Positions 1 to 13,159 of a stretch of 64,000 nt of DNA are shown piece by piece. The stretch is from Camelus dromedarius. Lineage: Eukaryota. Position 1 is the stretch's first letter. Each line of letters opens with the position of its first letter. The translations under genes were made by a program, and so were the position numbers. Location of the stretch: the NCBI RefSeq assembly GCF_036321535.1, contig NC_087436.1, forward strand, positions 92,134,001 to 92,198,000. The letters are read 5' to 3'. A model generated the notes under the pieces. That model saw only the letters and a list, made by a program, of their open reading frames with translations, was not told the origin of the DNA and did no database searches.

Positions 1-1439
1 ATGGACACTTTGAGCATTTTTACCCATATTTACCCAAAGTTGGGCTCAATAAACCTCAGAATGAGGGGAACATCAAAATAAACTTAACTCTCTACTAGAA
101 CTAATTGCACTTTTTTTCCCTGAATTTATGGAGCTTATGAAAAGCTAGACTAGATTGTGCCATGCTGAATCATTCTTCCCTCACAAACAACCCTGTGGCA
201 ACCAGGAGAATGAAAAAATATCGAGAATATATCTTCAAGTGGAAAGAGAGTTAAGAGGTTAGAACCCATATGAAAGAAACGTTTTCTCTCTAGGAGATTT
301 GAAATGTTCGGTGAAAGCAGTTTATCCCATGGCAATATTGAATGGAGCAACTGAATCAGAGTTGCCTGAGCTTTCCCCATCCAGAGGTATTCTACACTGA
401 AGTTCTCGCCCATTTACCCCCCAAGGTGCCTAACTTGGCTTCAGCGTCTGACCTTTGGAGGTGATGAAAATGTTTGAGGGGATCAAATGAATCAGCTGTC
501 TTTTGGTCCAACCCCTCCTCCTCCTCCACTTTTTGCCTCTATCAAAGCAAGTACCTTCTCTTCTTTCCATCCTGCCTGTCTTCTCCACCTCATTAAATCC
601 CCTGTAAAGATGGCAGAAGGGCACAAGTCCAAATGGTTCCATTTCATTTACAACTGTGAAGAAGGAAATTGACTGTAAAGTTTTTACGTGCACGGGTTCA
701 CTGTATTTTTTGGAATACAGTTATATCTGAGAATGTCATTCTAAGAAGGTTATTAAGGAAATTGCTGAAATAAATTACAGTGATAAGCAAACTGCTGGAA
801 AAAATAATAGGTGATTAAATTAGCAAATCTGGTTCATTGGCCTGCTGAGATTTATTCTTAAAAATGAACATCTAATTAGGGTGCTGCTGCACTTTGTAAA
901 ATGACTCACTTTTTGTTTGCTTCCAGAACTGAATTACTTCAAGGTTTATGTGTTCTTTCAGTAAAACAAAGGTGAGGCTTCGTTGACAGACCTGTGGTTT
1001 TCAGATTCCGCTTCCATTAGCAATTTGCCCTCAGTAAAGCCCTCTCAAATTCCTCACTGACCTCTCCCTTCCATCTAATTTTCTCCCTCCTTCCTAAACA
1101 TGTAATATTGGTCCTAGTTAAAGAGGCATCCATCCTGAACACAGGATCTCTATTCCCTTGCCATATAAAACCTTAAAGTGTTTCTAAACATATTTGGGAC
1201 ATCTTCCTATACTTTTAGAAAGAGCTCACAAAGTTTCCTCTTTTATTTGGGGGGAGGACGGGTTGTGCTCAGAGCAAATGTATACAGTACTACATAACAA
1301 ACCGTGAACTACACATAAATTGCAGAAAGCACCTAAGGGCTTCTGCTAACAAACGCATATTTTTTACAGGGCTCCAGTGGAACCAGATACTTCAATAAAG
1401 CAGCCAGTGCCTTGTAAGCTATATTAATTGTCAGACTTC

Positions 1440-1740
1440 TCCGACCCCCATACCTGAAAAAGCACCCTGACCCTGCCCCCACCTGTTACCCCACCCCTCA
1501 TTATCAATCTCCTTATCTTCTGGAAATTTCTTTCATAGCATTTATCATTACCTGAAAGTACACTGTGCATTTCTTTAGTTATATATTTGCTTGATTACTA
1601 TCTGCCTTTCCAAAGGGACTGCAAGTTCCAGGAAGGCAGGAATTTTGGATTGTTCCTGCTGTATACTCAGCTTCTAGAAATATCCCTGGCACATAACAGG
1701 TGCTCTATTTATTTCTGTTAAGTAAAGGAAAGACATAAAG
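1440..1740 (+). mobile_element. L2 LINE 3' end remnant
   Basis: Typical L2 tail: catagcatttatca...tgcaagttccaggaaggcagg...cctggcacataacaggtgctc. Confidence 0.7.
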
Positions 1741-1749
1741 AAGAAAAGG

Positions 1750-2420
1750 ACAGCAGGAAATAGTGGTGAAGAAAACTGGGTTTGGAGTCAGAAGGTCCCG
1801 AGTTGCAGCACAGCTTTGGTGCTTCTTTTGTGGCTGTTGTTTTGTTGTTTTGGTTGTCTTTCTATTCCAGCTTTATTGAGGAATAATTAACAATAAAACT
1901 AAGATATTTAAAGCATACAACATGATGATGATTTGATCTGCATATACATTGTGAAAGAGTTTCCCATATCAAATCAATTAACACATTCCATCACCTTACA
2001 TATTTACATATTTACTTTTTTAGTGTGAGAACATTTAACTTTTTGCTTTATCCATTCATCCGCTGATGGACAAGTAGGTTGTCCCCACACTGTGGCTATT
2101 GAGAATAATGCTGCATTGAACATGGGAGTACAGATATCTCTTTGAAATACTGATCTTGTTTCCTTTGGATACATACTTAAAAGTGGAATTGCTGGATCAC
2201 ATGGTAGTTCTATTTTTAAATTCTCGGGGACCTTTCATACTGCTTTTCATAATGCATCTACCAGTTCATCGATTCTCACATGTATGAACTTGGGCAGATT
2301 ATTTAAGCTCTCTGAGCAACTGTTTCCTTATGTATACAAATGGAATTGACTTTATTTCTCCCATAGAGTTGTTTTTAAGAATTAAATATGATAATATAGG
2401 TAAAAATCATCAATCCATCA
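1750..2420 (+). mobile_element. MIR SINE split by an L1 fragment
   Basis: MIR-like tttggagtcaga at about 1780 resumes as ttgggcagattatttaagctctctgagc at about 2290. Confidence 0.6.
1860..2268 (-). mobile_element. L1 3' fragment (L1MA-like), internally deleted
   Basis: ctttattgag 3' end on the minus strand, then tatccattcatcc...gaataatgctgca...ggaattgctggatc...ggtagttctattttt, typical of L1 3' regions. Confidence 0.85.
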
Positions 2421-5400
2421 ATTGTTGTCACTGTATATTTCATGTGTGCATATATACATGCATGTTTAATGTACAATTCTTACTTTGTTTCACGTAAATA
2501 TTTCTAAAAGTATGACAACTATGTAAAAGCATATCAATAGCCAGTGAGTGCCTGCTGAACTTGAACATGAATTATAAGACGTGGTCCGTGTTTCTGGGGC
2601 CTTCCATAAATTAGGGTCCCTCTTAGGAGTCAGATCCTCACTTTTTGTCAAAACATCCTGCTCTCTCTTTTTTTTTTCCATTTTAGATCATCTAGGGAAT
2701 TGCTTGTCAACTTTAGTATCACAATCTGTTGTGCAATTTGTGGCAGGTAACTTATTACTGATGATAGCAATATTAATAAAAAGTGATTTACCTTTTAATA
2801 CAGAATAGAGTGAATTCAAGGTTATCTCCATTATAATTTTATGCTCACATACCAGCATTCGGAAATGCTCCCCGGAGTAAACAAGGGGGAAGTGAAGGTA
2901 CTATATCAGAGGCAGTACGTCACCTTCTGTGTTGCACATGGAACGATGCTTGGTACGTGACCAATATTTATTATTTATGTCGCAGAAGGAAAGCAGTGTT
3001 GGGGCACCTTTGGAGATTTTTAAGGAACTGGTGTTTGTGGGAATACTGTTTATGTGCGTCGCCAAGCCTGGTGACAGACGGAGGCGTAGAAGCATGGGGC
3101 GAAGCTAGAAAGAGAAGGCATTAAATTGGTAATTTGCATGTTGCTCAGACACATTTTTAAGCCAAGTTACAATTATGCTATTTGTTTAACTATGAAGTAA
3201 AAGAAATCTTCTATACACACAAAGCAAAGATCAAGGTAAATATTTGGCTAAATAGTCTTCTTTCTTTTTAATTGGCAGAGTTACGTGCTCTATTAAGAGA
3301 GAGGTTTTGTCTGAATGCATATTAGGATATTGAGAGATTCTCTTATTGGCTCTGGAAAGGGCTACTCAGACTGTAAGCTGAGAACACAAGAGCATAAACT
3401 ATCTAATAAAGGGAGACCAAGAATCCCTCCTAGGCTTATTAAGAAACAAATAAATGAGCTCTGCTATCCTCTAACTACTCCCCACCCCATTCCCCCACCA
3501 CCACCTTACATCAGCAGAAGATGAAGAGGACCAGAGGGATGAAGAGGAGGTAGCTGTTAGCCTGCTCTCTAGAGGACCCCATTCTTGCCCTCCTACAGCC
3601 ATGTGCTTCCCTACAAGGTGAGGGACAAAGGGACCTGCCTGTCTGATGCTTGTACCCCCTTCTAAATCATGCCTGAGGACTCCAGAATTCTCTCTCCAAA
3701 TGGCCCTATGCCTACTTCCAGAGCCTACACAGACTTCTTCCCCTGGCCGATTCTTCTGAGGAACCCAGCCCCAATGCCCAAGAAGTAGATGGCTGTGTGA
3801 TGCAGGCGGCAGGAGGTAAAACGAGATTGAACATGTTGACGGCAGTGACTACACACAGGTGCACAAGGTAAGCGTGAGATCCAGGAGGGATAAGGATGGG
3901 AGGCTTTCGGCCACGGTGGAGAGGAAGGCAAGGACAGTTTATCGCATGGCACCATGTTAACGTGCAAATTATACAGAGTTCAAGGACTCTAAGTTCTAAC
4001 CTGGCCTTGAAGGTCATTATGAATATGTATCTATCAGGATAAGTGTATGGAATATATTTATTCAATATTTTGTTAGCTTGACATATATCTCCTTAGTAGT
4101 TAGACACAGGATGCCTGGGCTTCCATCTGTAATCTTGCCCCAGGCCCCAAAGATGGTAGGGGCACCTGGCAACAAAGAGGTACCTGGGGCAGCCAACCAG
4201 CGTCAGCCAAGAGATAAATCAGAGATGCTTATCACCTTCAATCACTTTTCTCCTTCCTGCAGCATGGGCATGAGGAGCTGGGGAAGGAAGTGGGGAGAGG
4301 GAAAGGAAGGCAGATGGGATGTTCTAGCAGCAGACCACACCCCTCATCTCTCCAAGTCCTTCCAGCCCTAAGTCAGCAATGGGAGAAGGAAAATCCTAGC
4401 ATGGGATAAGAGAGGGAATGTTTTAGGAGTAGAAAAATACGGAATCACTATGGGATTTGTCTGAGATGTAGATGAAATGCAACAAGAAATTGGATGAAAC
4501 ATATTTAAGACAGTGATTTGAAAAAAGTAAAACCGTTTATTGTTCAAATCTTATCAAATTCAACTAATGAACTGTTTGGAGATGAACTGAGTGGGCAACT
4601 ACCGGATTCTCTGAGTACAGCATGCCCCACCCCGAAATTCTGAGTAGAAAATTACCCACTGCCCTCCGTCATAGCCAGTGTGCCTGGGCCTTCAGGACCA
4701 GAAGCAGGTTGCGACTCTGAATTTCCAAATTTAGAAGATCCTTAGAAAAAAAGGGACACCTAGAGATGGATACAAGTAGGGATGCAGGATGAAAGCATTC
4801 CTTTTGTGGGATAGAGCTTTAAAAGGAAAATCTTGCAACCCCATAGGGAAAGATAACCCCGTAGTGAAGTGAACTGGGAATAAGTCATCAGCCTCTGCTT
4901 TCTCAGGAAGAGTGGAAGAGGGAAGAGCAATTAAGGGCACTGCCATAAGGACGTCATCAGGGTTAGAGTGACTGCTCAGGGTGGGAAATGAGAGAAGAGG
5001 GAAAAGTATTTGATTTTCTGAAAATTATTTTCAAGGAATCTTCTAAGAAATAAGTGGAGGAAAAAGAAGACAGGATGGAGGGAGGAAGGGAGGTTGGAGG
5101 AAGAAAGGGTATGTTAAACCCTGCAGGATTCATCCAGTTTGACAGAGAGGACCCCCCCTCCCACGCACTGCACAGAGCTGAGCCCTGGAGCAGAACCCCT
5201 GAGCTCTTCTACTGGGTGCTGTGCACATAATCCATGTCTACACACGCTCCAGGCTCCTGGCTCCTCTCAGCATGTTCACCACGCATTACACTGGGACTTG
5301 CTATTTCTACGTGACACCCTGCCCCAACACATATTTCATAATTTCATAATTGGCTTTGAAAGCCATTGTTCCTGGTGTGTGCCTTAAGTGCAGACGGCAG

Positions 5401-6720
5401 GGGTTGCAAATTAGTTCTCGCACTAATTCATCATGAGCTGTGAAATAAAAGCCTTCTTGGCTGAATGGGCAAGCATATGATTAAAAATACTAAAGAGTTC
5501 TCTTTAGCTGAGGTAATCGCCAGGGAACGGACTCATTCTCTGGGCTCAGTGCTTCTGCCCACCCTCCCACTTTGCCTTTCCTATGTTGCTGACTCCACGA
5601 AAGGCGGCCAGCACTAGAAGGAGCCTGTCAGTGTGTCCACTGTCCTACGATACACTCTCTCTGTCGGAGATGCTGAAGCAGCACACTGCAGGGAGGCTCT
5701 GCTAATGGGTGGTCAGCAATGCAAACTCCCTGCCTGCTCCTCAGACGTGGGCCAGCCTGGTCACCTACCTCTCTGATGTCTGGGGTCCATTCCCTTGTGC
5801 CCAAAGACCACAGTGCGTCGCACAGAGCAGGCACGCCACAGACAGGCTGGAGATAGTCACAATTCTACAGACTCCATATCTCCCAAAGCAAACCACATGG
5901 TAGGATGTATCAGACTCCTTGAGACATATAGAAGTCTGCTGATAAATTTCCAAATCACTAATATAAATGGAGAGGAACCCTTACAGAAATTTACATCTCT
6001 AGAAATGAAAAGTTTAAGCTCCCGCTAGAAAATAATGAGTTCTGAAAATTGATTTTTTTTTTAACCCACTCTGTGACATGTTCTTGAAAATGACCTTGAG
6101 TCTACTGGTGCCATTTATTCTAAAGGGTCAGGTGAGAACCACCAAGAAAACATGGCTTAGTGGATTTCTTTATCATTCGAGTGTATTCCTTTCACATTCC
6201 TTTCTGTTGAGCCCTCAGTTCTGAAGGCCCTGATTTGGGAAGGTCCAACTCTTTCTACATTTGGAATCACAGATTTATGTTCTATGTTTGGAATCCAGAG
6301 TTACCCTGGAAAGGAATGAACATTTTATAATGCACCTTTATCAACTGGAAAAGAAAAGCAAATGCACACTTTAAAAATACCATGTCCAGGGAAGTAGACC
6401 AAGAAGCTGGCCCATGGCCTCAAACTCACACGTCCACGGGAGACACAAGCAGGCAATGTAAACGTGAGGGACTTGGGCTAGGTATGAGGAAACAGAGCAG
6501 ATAGAGGATAAATACCAAGGATCCCCGGAATTGGAGGTAGGGCAATGATAAACGGGAGTAAGGACAGTGGCATACTGGAAGGTGTAACCCTGTCTGACAG
6601 GCCAGCCACTAGACCACTCCAACTGACATCACAAGAGGAAATGGTGACCTAGGCTTGTCAAGAGACGCCACTGATACAGACTTATGTAAAAAACTCCTGA
6701 TTTAAAAGTATTAGAAGCTA

Positions 6721-6910
6721 GGGGTGGGGAGGGTATAGCTCAGGGGTAGAATGTGTGCTTAGCATGCATGAGGTCCTGGGTTCAATCCCCAGCACCTCCA
6801 TTAAAAATAAATACAAACCTAATTACCTCCCCCTTGAAAAAAAAAAAAAAACTTGAGGAGTTTATAGATGAATGAATAAATATCTGTCTTCTTTTGAAAA
6901 TAAAATAAAA
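6721..6910 (+). mobile_element. tRNA-Ala(AGC)-derived SINE (camelid-type) with extended tail
   Basis: A box tagctcagggg, gcttagcatgc anticodon arm, B box ggttcaatccc and poly-A. TSD tattagaagcta at 6709-6720 and 6911-6922. Confidence 0.92.
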
Positions 6911-7278
6911 TATTAGAAGCTAATACAGGTCTTTTTTAAACCCAGAGTATTATTAAATCATTTATGGTAACTACTATTAAAATGACAGCTAGCAGAGCTC
7001 CCAACATGAGCCTAAGATAGAGTAACCATAGAGTTAGTATGTAGACCAAAGGGGAGCACCTTCTAGAGCTTTATTCATGTGAGTTAACTGAGGACCCCAC
7101 TGGAAAAGAACTTACGTATCAGCAGAGAGATGGTCAAAGCACAAAGCACATGGGCACCTGCAGGGGCAGAGGCAGGGGTTGTTCCCGAGCATCTGCAGCA
7201 GTGGGAGGCGGGAAATGGAGCTGGAATGCAGAGGTGGGGTACCATAAAGTCAATGGCGAGGTCTCTCATTCTCACCAG

Positions 7279-7438
7279 CAGTGCTTCTCCACTTGTAATT
7301 TGCAAAGGCATCACCTGAGCATCTTGTTAAAATGCATTTCTGATTCAGTAGGTCTGGGTGGGGCCAAAAAGTCTGTTTCTAACAAACTTGCAGGTGATGC
7401 TGATGCCGCTGGCTCTTAGATGACATGTTGAGAAGCAA
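7279..7438. mobile_element. MER5A-like hAT-Charlie DNA transposon remnant
   Basis: cagtgcttctc...cttgttaaaatgca...tgattcagtaggtctggg...tttctaacaa...caggtgatgctgatg...tgagaagc, with degenerate terminal inverted repeats. Confidence 0.85.
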
Positions 7439-8879
7439 GGAGGCCTTTGACTCTTCCCGGGAATTTCAGTGCCCCGGGGGAGAAATAAAGCGTTGTCAGA
7501 ACTACAGTTGCTCAAGAAATACATAACTGTGATTCCAGGTTTAGCCCTTCCTGAAGGTGAGGCTGGTGTGGCAAGTGCAACAAGCAGCAGGGGAGTTTTA
7601 AGAAACACTATACACATATAAAACTGATTCCAAGCCGTGGTCTACTCAGATATAAGGAAGTGCTGGCTGTGCTGGAATCTTAAAACGCCTGTTCACCAGT
7701 TAGATTCCCCCTTAGAGCTCATCATATTGAAAAACTAAAGATTAAGGTGACTGTCTCATGGGCTTCCTTTCTTCCTATCATTATGTTCTAACTTGGATCT
7801 TGTTTCCCTGTGAGAGGACTATGATTTATGCTTCATAATCCCAGCTGAACCTGTTCTACCCAGAAATACTAAGGTAGCTTTCTGCCCAGCACAGCTTCTT
7901 TCCCAGTGAAATTCACTCACCCTAAGAAGCTCTTATCTAGGAAGCGCTCTGTACCTCCTTCGTCCTGACTGGTCACCTGTTTCAGAGACTACTTAATTAA
8001 AGGGAGTGTCAGTAGCTCCGTTTGTCACTCCCTACATAAGTAAGAGGAATCATAAAGTCATGTGTCACTGCCAGCGAATCCCTTGCTGGTGAGTCTCAGC
8101 TGAGCCGCCGACACACGAGCATTTTCATTGGCGGTTGTTCCAGCCCTTCATCTGGGATTAATTACTCTGCAGGAGCAGCCTGCCTGGGACGACAAAACAA
8201 TTTTCATTCATCAGCTGGGAGTGTGAGATTAATGAAAGCCGCAAGCTCATTGGAATGAAGCACTAAGCTCTCATTTGTGCTATCCATACTGGAGGAAATG
8301 GGACACTTTTTTTCTTCTCCATATATTTCTGCCTTCAGTAATGAAATCAGATTAGACTTTTATAAATGCCAAGGATTACACTTTTTGGCTCTCTCTATAT
8401 ATTATAATTGATATATATAATACGTAAGAAAAATTGGCAAACGTATCGACAGCCTCTGAAGGCAATGCATAAAAGCAAATCACAGAAGCCATCCTCCTAC
8501 CAGTGTTCTTATTAAGGGAGTAATTCTTGGCTTGGCTTCTTCTCAAGCTGCCTTCTTTGACCCTAAAGCAACCACACACTATGAAAGTGAAGACTGTAGG
8601 AAGATAGAGCAGAAATTTCTGTTCTCAAAAATTCATCAGCACATTCATCAATTCACTGAAAATTCCCCATTTAAATTTTAATTACCCTGGAGACTGACAG
8701 TGTTCCGGACACAGGAGATAACAAAAGATCTTGGATCTCAGAGGTCTGATCTGCGCTCAGATAATGGTGGTTTCCTGAATCTAAATCACTGTACACATTC
8801 TCCCCACCAAAATAAGATAGACAAGGAGCATAAATAAAACCACACATGTCCCATGCCTTCAGCATTGCTAGGAGGGAGA

Positions 8880-9770
8880 GAATAGCATGGATTTCAAATA
8901 CATGCCAAATTGCTCCCTCCACCATCATCATTCACTTCGTCCACTGAAAGGACCAGCAGGTAGTGACATGCCAGCAGCAGTGAGCAAACCCACCACCTAA
9001 GCCCTCTGGAGAAATGGTAGATGCCTGGGATGTGCAGGAAAAGTATACGGTAAGCAGGGAACACCTTGCACCACAAAGTAAGGAAATGGTCAAAAAATTG
9101 ATGGAGATATGTCAAAAAAAAAAGACACTAGCACCAGTTTTAAGGGGCTGCCATAGGCCAGAACTGGACTATTTAGAGTATTAAAATAAATAAGAACAGT
9201 GATGGAGCATAACTCAGTGAATAAGAATCCATGAGTCTACACAACGATTAATAAACAGATGGATACATAAATCTATAAACAAAAGAGAAACAAAGATTCT
9301 CCCTTACAGAAAAATCTTGAGTAATCACTATAGGGAAAAATTTTCATTTTGCAAACATCATTCTAACATCATCTTTAGGCAAAAATAATCAATGATTGCT
9401 TAATCTTGAATGTCAGAGTTTGAGAGGAACAAGATAATGGCACAGCCTCAAATAGCTTCCGACAAATTATTTATTAATTTAAAAGGGAATAATGACTATG
9501 TATGAGAGAAATTAGAAAATACCATAATAAAGTGATCAAAATTAATATCACTAACAGGGGGCAAATGGATACCATGCACCTTCAGCTATGAGACCTCCAG
9601 AAGGGCACATTATCACTTACATACTATCCCAGCCAAAAATGCATCATTTGACTCTAATCCGGAGGAAACGTCAGACAAAGCCAAATTAAAGGGTAAGTAA
9701 CTGACCTAAATTTTTCAAAATGTCAGTGGCAAGAAAGACCCAAAAAGGCTGAGGAACTACTCTCCTTAAA
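8880..9770 (+). mobile_element. Old L1 (L1MC/MD-like) 3' UTR remnant
   Basis: Motifs such as ctctaatccggaggaaacgtcagacaaagccaaatt and aagaatccatgagtc resemble ancient L1M 3' regions. Confidence 0.6.
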
Positions 9771-11889
9771 ATGACAAATTTTCATTTGCTACATATTTCG
9801 ATTATGACTATTTTTCAGCTTCTATGATCTCAGGTGGCCCCCTTTAAGCAAGAAGACTTCCCTCTTACTTGCCTTTATTCTGCTAATCCAATCCGGACCA
9901 GTTGTTCTCTGCAGCTGCTGAAGACTTTCATCCAGGAATCTTCCTTTACTGCTCTTTTGAGTTGGATCCAGTGTTTCCCAAACTCCTTCTCATCTCTTAA
10001 AAAGTACATGCTTAAGTAATTTTGTTTTTCTGAAGTGATGTGAGCAAGGCGAACTCTCGTTGAAACTTTGCACATGAGGAAACATTTTTTGCTCTACACT
10101 TAAACTTGATTAGTACTTTGGCTGGGAGTAGAATTATCTGTTCAAAATCATTTTTTCCAAGAGATGTCCAGTCAAGATATCATTGTAACTCTATGTTGAG
10201 ATGTGCCCCAATTCAATGATCCAAGTAGTATGAGGATTGAAACCAAAAAAGAGTATATTTTCAAAAACTCAAAACACAGTATTCATGTCAAGAACCAGAA
10301 ATAGAACAGAAACGAAGTAGTAGGAAGGGATGACGTCACAGACCTCCCACAGACTGAAACCAGACTCACTGCTTGAAATGAGGCTAGGCTAGGCCTCCCA
10401 TCTCAGACAGGTACATGGGGAAAAAAATAATAACCTCTTTGGCTGCCTGGAAGTATGGCTAATATAAAACATGGCAGGAAACAGAGCCTCGCAGACAAAA
10501 CCTGAGTCTAGCTACCCCCTCGCCTTCTGACATACCCGGTATCACCAGACAGCAAGTCATAAGTCACCAATTAAGGTGTGGTTCTAGACTGGGTGACAGC
10601 ACAAAAAACTACTAAACAGGGAATGGAGAGAATGAAAGAAAAAAATATGCTTCCATTCAAGGTGACCCTGCATATCCCAATTCCAAATTGGAAAAAATTA
10701 ACTCTAAGAAAAATAGTACAGGTGAAATGAAATTACTAATGCAATCTGAAAAAGATGCTTTGTCAGACACCTCTCACACAACGCTTCAGATCTGTGTGGC
10801 CTCACATCTCTCACATCCCATTCCCCCCTCGGGTACCAGCTTTGCATGAGTTCTAACCAAATTCAAGAAGTGCCCCAACAGGGAATCACCAAAGCCCTGC
10901 CCCACACCTCTTCCTCCTGCCCAGGGAGGTCTACTTAACACTAGATTGAGGCTACAGATTTGCTTTTATGAGCACAAACAATGGTTTCAATTTTTGCCTT
11001 ATTAAAGCAATGAGATCTATGTTTCATATTATTAGCATCAGTACTTTGTTTCCCAATTTCCCGATTACATTTATTAGATAACAAGGGCAAAGTGCAGAAG
11101 AACGTGGCAGGGTGCAGAAGGAACTCGCTGCGCAAACACTGCTGTGTGATGGTGTCATCACTCTTCAGACCAAACCACTGACTAGTGTACACAACTCCAA
11201 GTCTAGCATATGAAAGTAATCCAGGGCTGTCATTTCAACATGAAGTAAAGGGCTTCCCAAACACATGAGCTGTATGTAGTTTATTTGCAATGGGTTTTAA
11301 CTTTTTTGTATTTTTTGTTTTTGTTACAAAGAGTTCAGTTTCACATGCTTCTTTGAACATGTCAAAATACATTGAAAGCAAATTATGGTCTGCCAATATG
11401 AAAATGAAGAATGAATTCTACCAGATTATCTCCAGGTCCCTTTCAGTACTGAGGTTTTATGATTTATGGAAACTAACATGACTTCCAATAACACACCATG
11501 CTTTGCTACCAACCTATAAACTGCTGTTCTCCAGTGCATTTTACACGCTTATGCCAGATAATCTCCAGAAATCCCCGTGAGCCTAGTTTAAATATCACTT
11601 TTTTGGCTATTTTTAATCCAAACAAGATTTGAGAATGAAAGGTGTTCTAATAATTATACCAAGACAGTGCTTAAACCACAATTATTTGGGAGAGACCAAG
11701 ACATACAATCAATTTATCTTCCTCATTATTCACTGCAGCTGACTTTTGGGGTCCTCACGAAGAATCCAAAACAGTTTTCCAGTTTTACCTCCCACCATTC
11801 CCCACATAAACTCTCTGCTACAAGTGAACTGGTTCCTCCGCCGATTCCCAAACATATGATTATGTCTTGGCTGAGAAACTAACCTCCCC

Positions 11890-12120
11890 ATTTTTTTAAG
11901 GTAAGATACCGTAGGTAACAGAAGTGTTACATGCCAAGCACTGTTTTAATCTTTACATATGTACTAATTATTTTTAATCCTATCAATACTCACATTAATT
12001 GCTAACTGAATTATAGATGAAGCAACAAAAATTTGCCCACAGCTACCCAGGCATATGAGGCTCAGGAGTTTGAACCTGAGAGCTTTCCTTCCGGAGTCAC
12101 TGCTGAAAACCATTACACAT
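11890..12120 (-). mobile_element. MIR remnant
   Basis: tgccaagcactgtttta...ttatagatgaag...tttgcccacagctacccag...ggagtttgaacc. Confidence 0.6.
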
Positions 12121-12599
12121 ACGAAGTCAGATCTTATCTGCTGCCCAGAAAACTTGACCTTGTCCTTCTAGCCCTAGAGGATCTCAGAATTCTCTGGTGT
12201 CACGGCAAACATATCTTCTACTAGTTATTTCCCTATTCACTCATAATATCTTATTTCATATCTCAGTGTGTTGTTTTCCCCTCTTTTATTATTATTCATT
12301 ATGCTCATTATGTGTTTTATTTTATTCATTATGTGTTCATGTCTTACCTAATTCTCGAGAGCAGGAGCCATATGGTCATTATTACTGATCTATGGCCTGA
12401 TTTTCTTACATTTCATTGTTATTGCTTTGTTGGTTAAATACACACATATACGTGTACATACACATATATAGATGTCAGACACCTATTTGGATACCTAGTG
12501 CATTTCTTTCAAAATATATCTATGCTTCCATGGCTTTGGAATAGCCTTAGATTAGATTTTCTTTTTTGATAAAAGCAGTCCGTTGCAAGATCAAAATGC

Positions 12600-12930
12600 A
12601 CTCATTCTTTTAGTCCACAAGTATTTACAGAACGTTTATTATATAGCCAAGCACTATGCTAGACACTCAGGACATGGACTGAAACACAGTCCCTTATAAA
12701 CCTACACACAGGGCGGGCAGGAAACAGACGTCCGTGTTGGAGTTAGCCCCTGCTGCAAGAAGGGCTGTAACCAGGGTATTTCAAGCTACAGAGGCAAGGA
12801 ACACTGACCAGGGAAACGACGGAAGCTTCCAGGAAAGACTCACAGCTGAGGTCGGCTCAAAAGACTGAGGAAGCTGAGAGAAGAAAGTGGCGGCATTTCA
12901 AGAAGATAAACAAGTGTGTTCCAAAAAAAA
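12600..12930 (-). mobile_element. L2 remnant
   Basis: cattctttt...caagtatttacagaac...ccaagcactatgctagacact, which is an L2 3' end in reverse. Confidence 0.55.
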
Positions 12931-13159
12931 AAAAATCAGGTTTATAAAATAGCAAAGTATGGTCAGGGTGCCTGTATGGGTGTGAACTGGCTGTAAGGAA
13001 AGAGAGTCCAGGGCTGAGACAGGAAGTGTGAAATGGAAAATCATGGAGAGCTTTATTTGCCACACATGTCAGCTGCCCTACCCCCGGCCCTCGACCCCTG
13101 CCCCTGACCCCAACCAAAGCTTCAAGAAAGAGTTCCATGTGAGTTGCAAGTCATTACAA

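Noticed and set aside
6726..6800. tRNA-Ala genes (also at about 39440-39510 and 58460-58530)
   Set aside because: They have SINE tails, TSDs and stem mismatches, so they are retroposed SINEs rather than tRNA genes.
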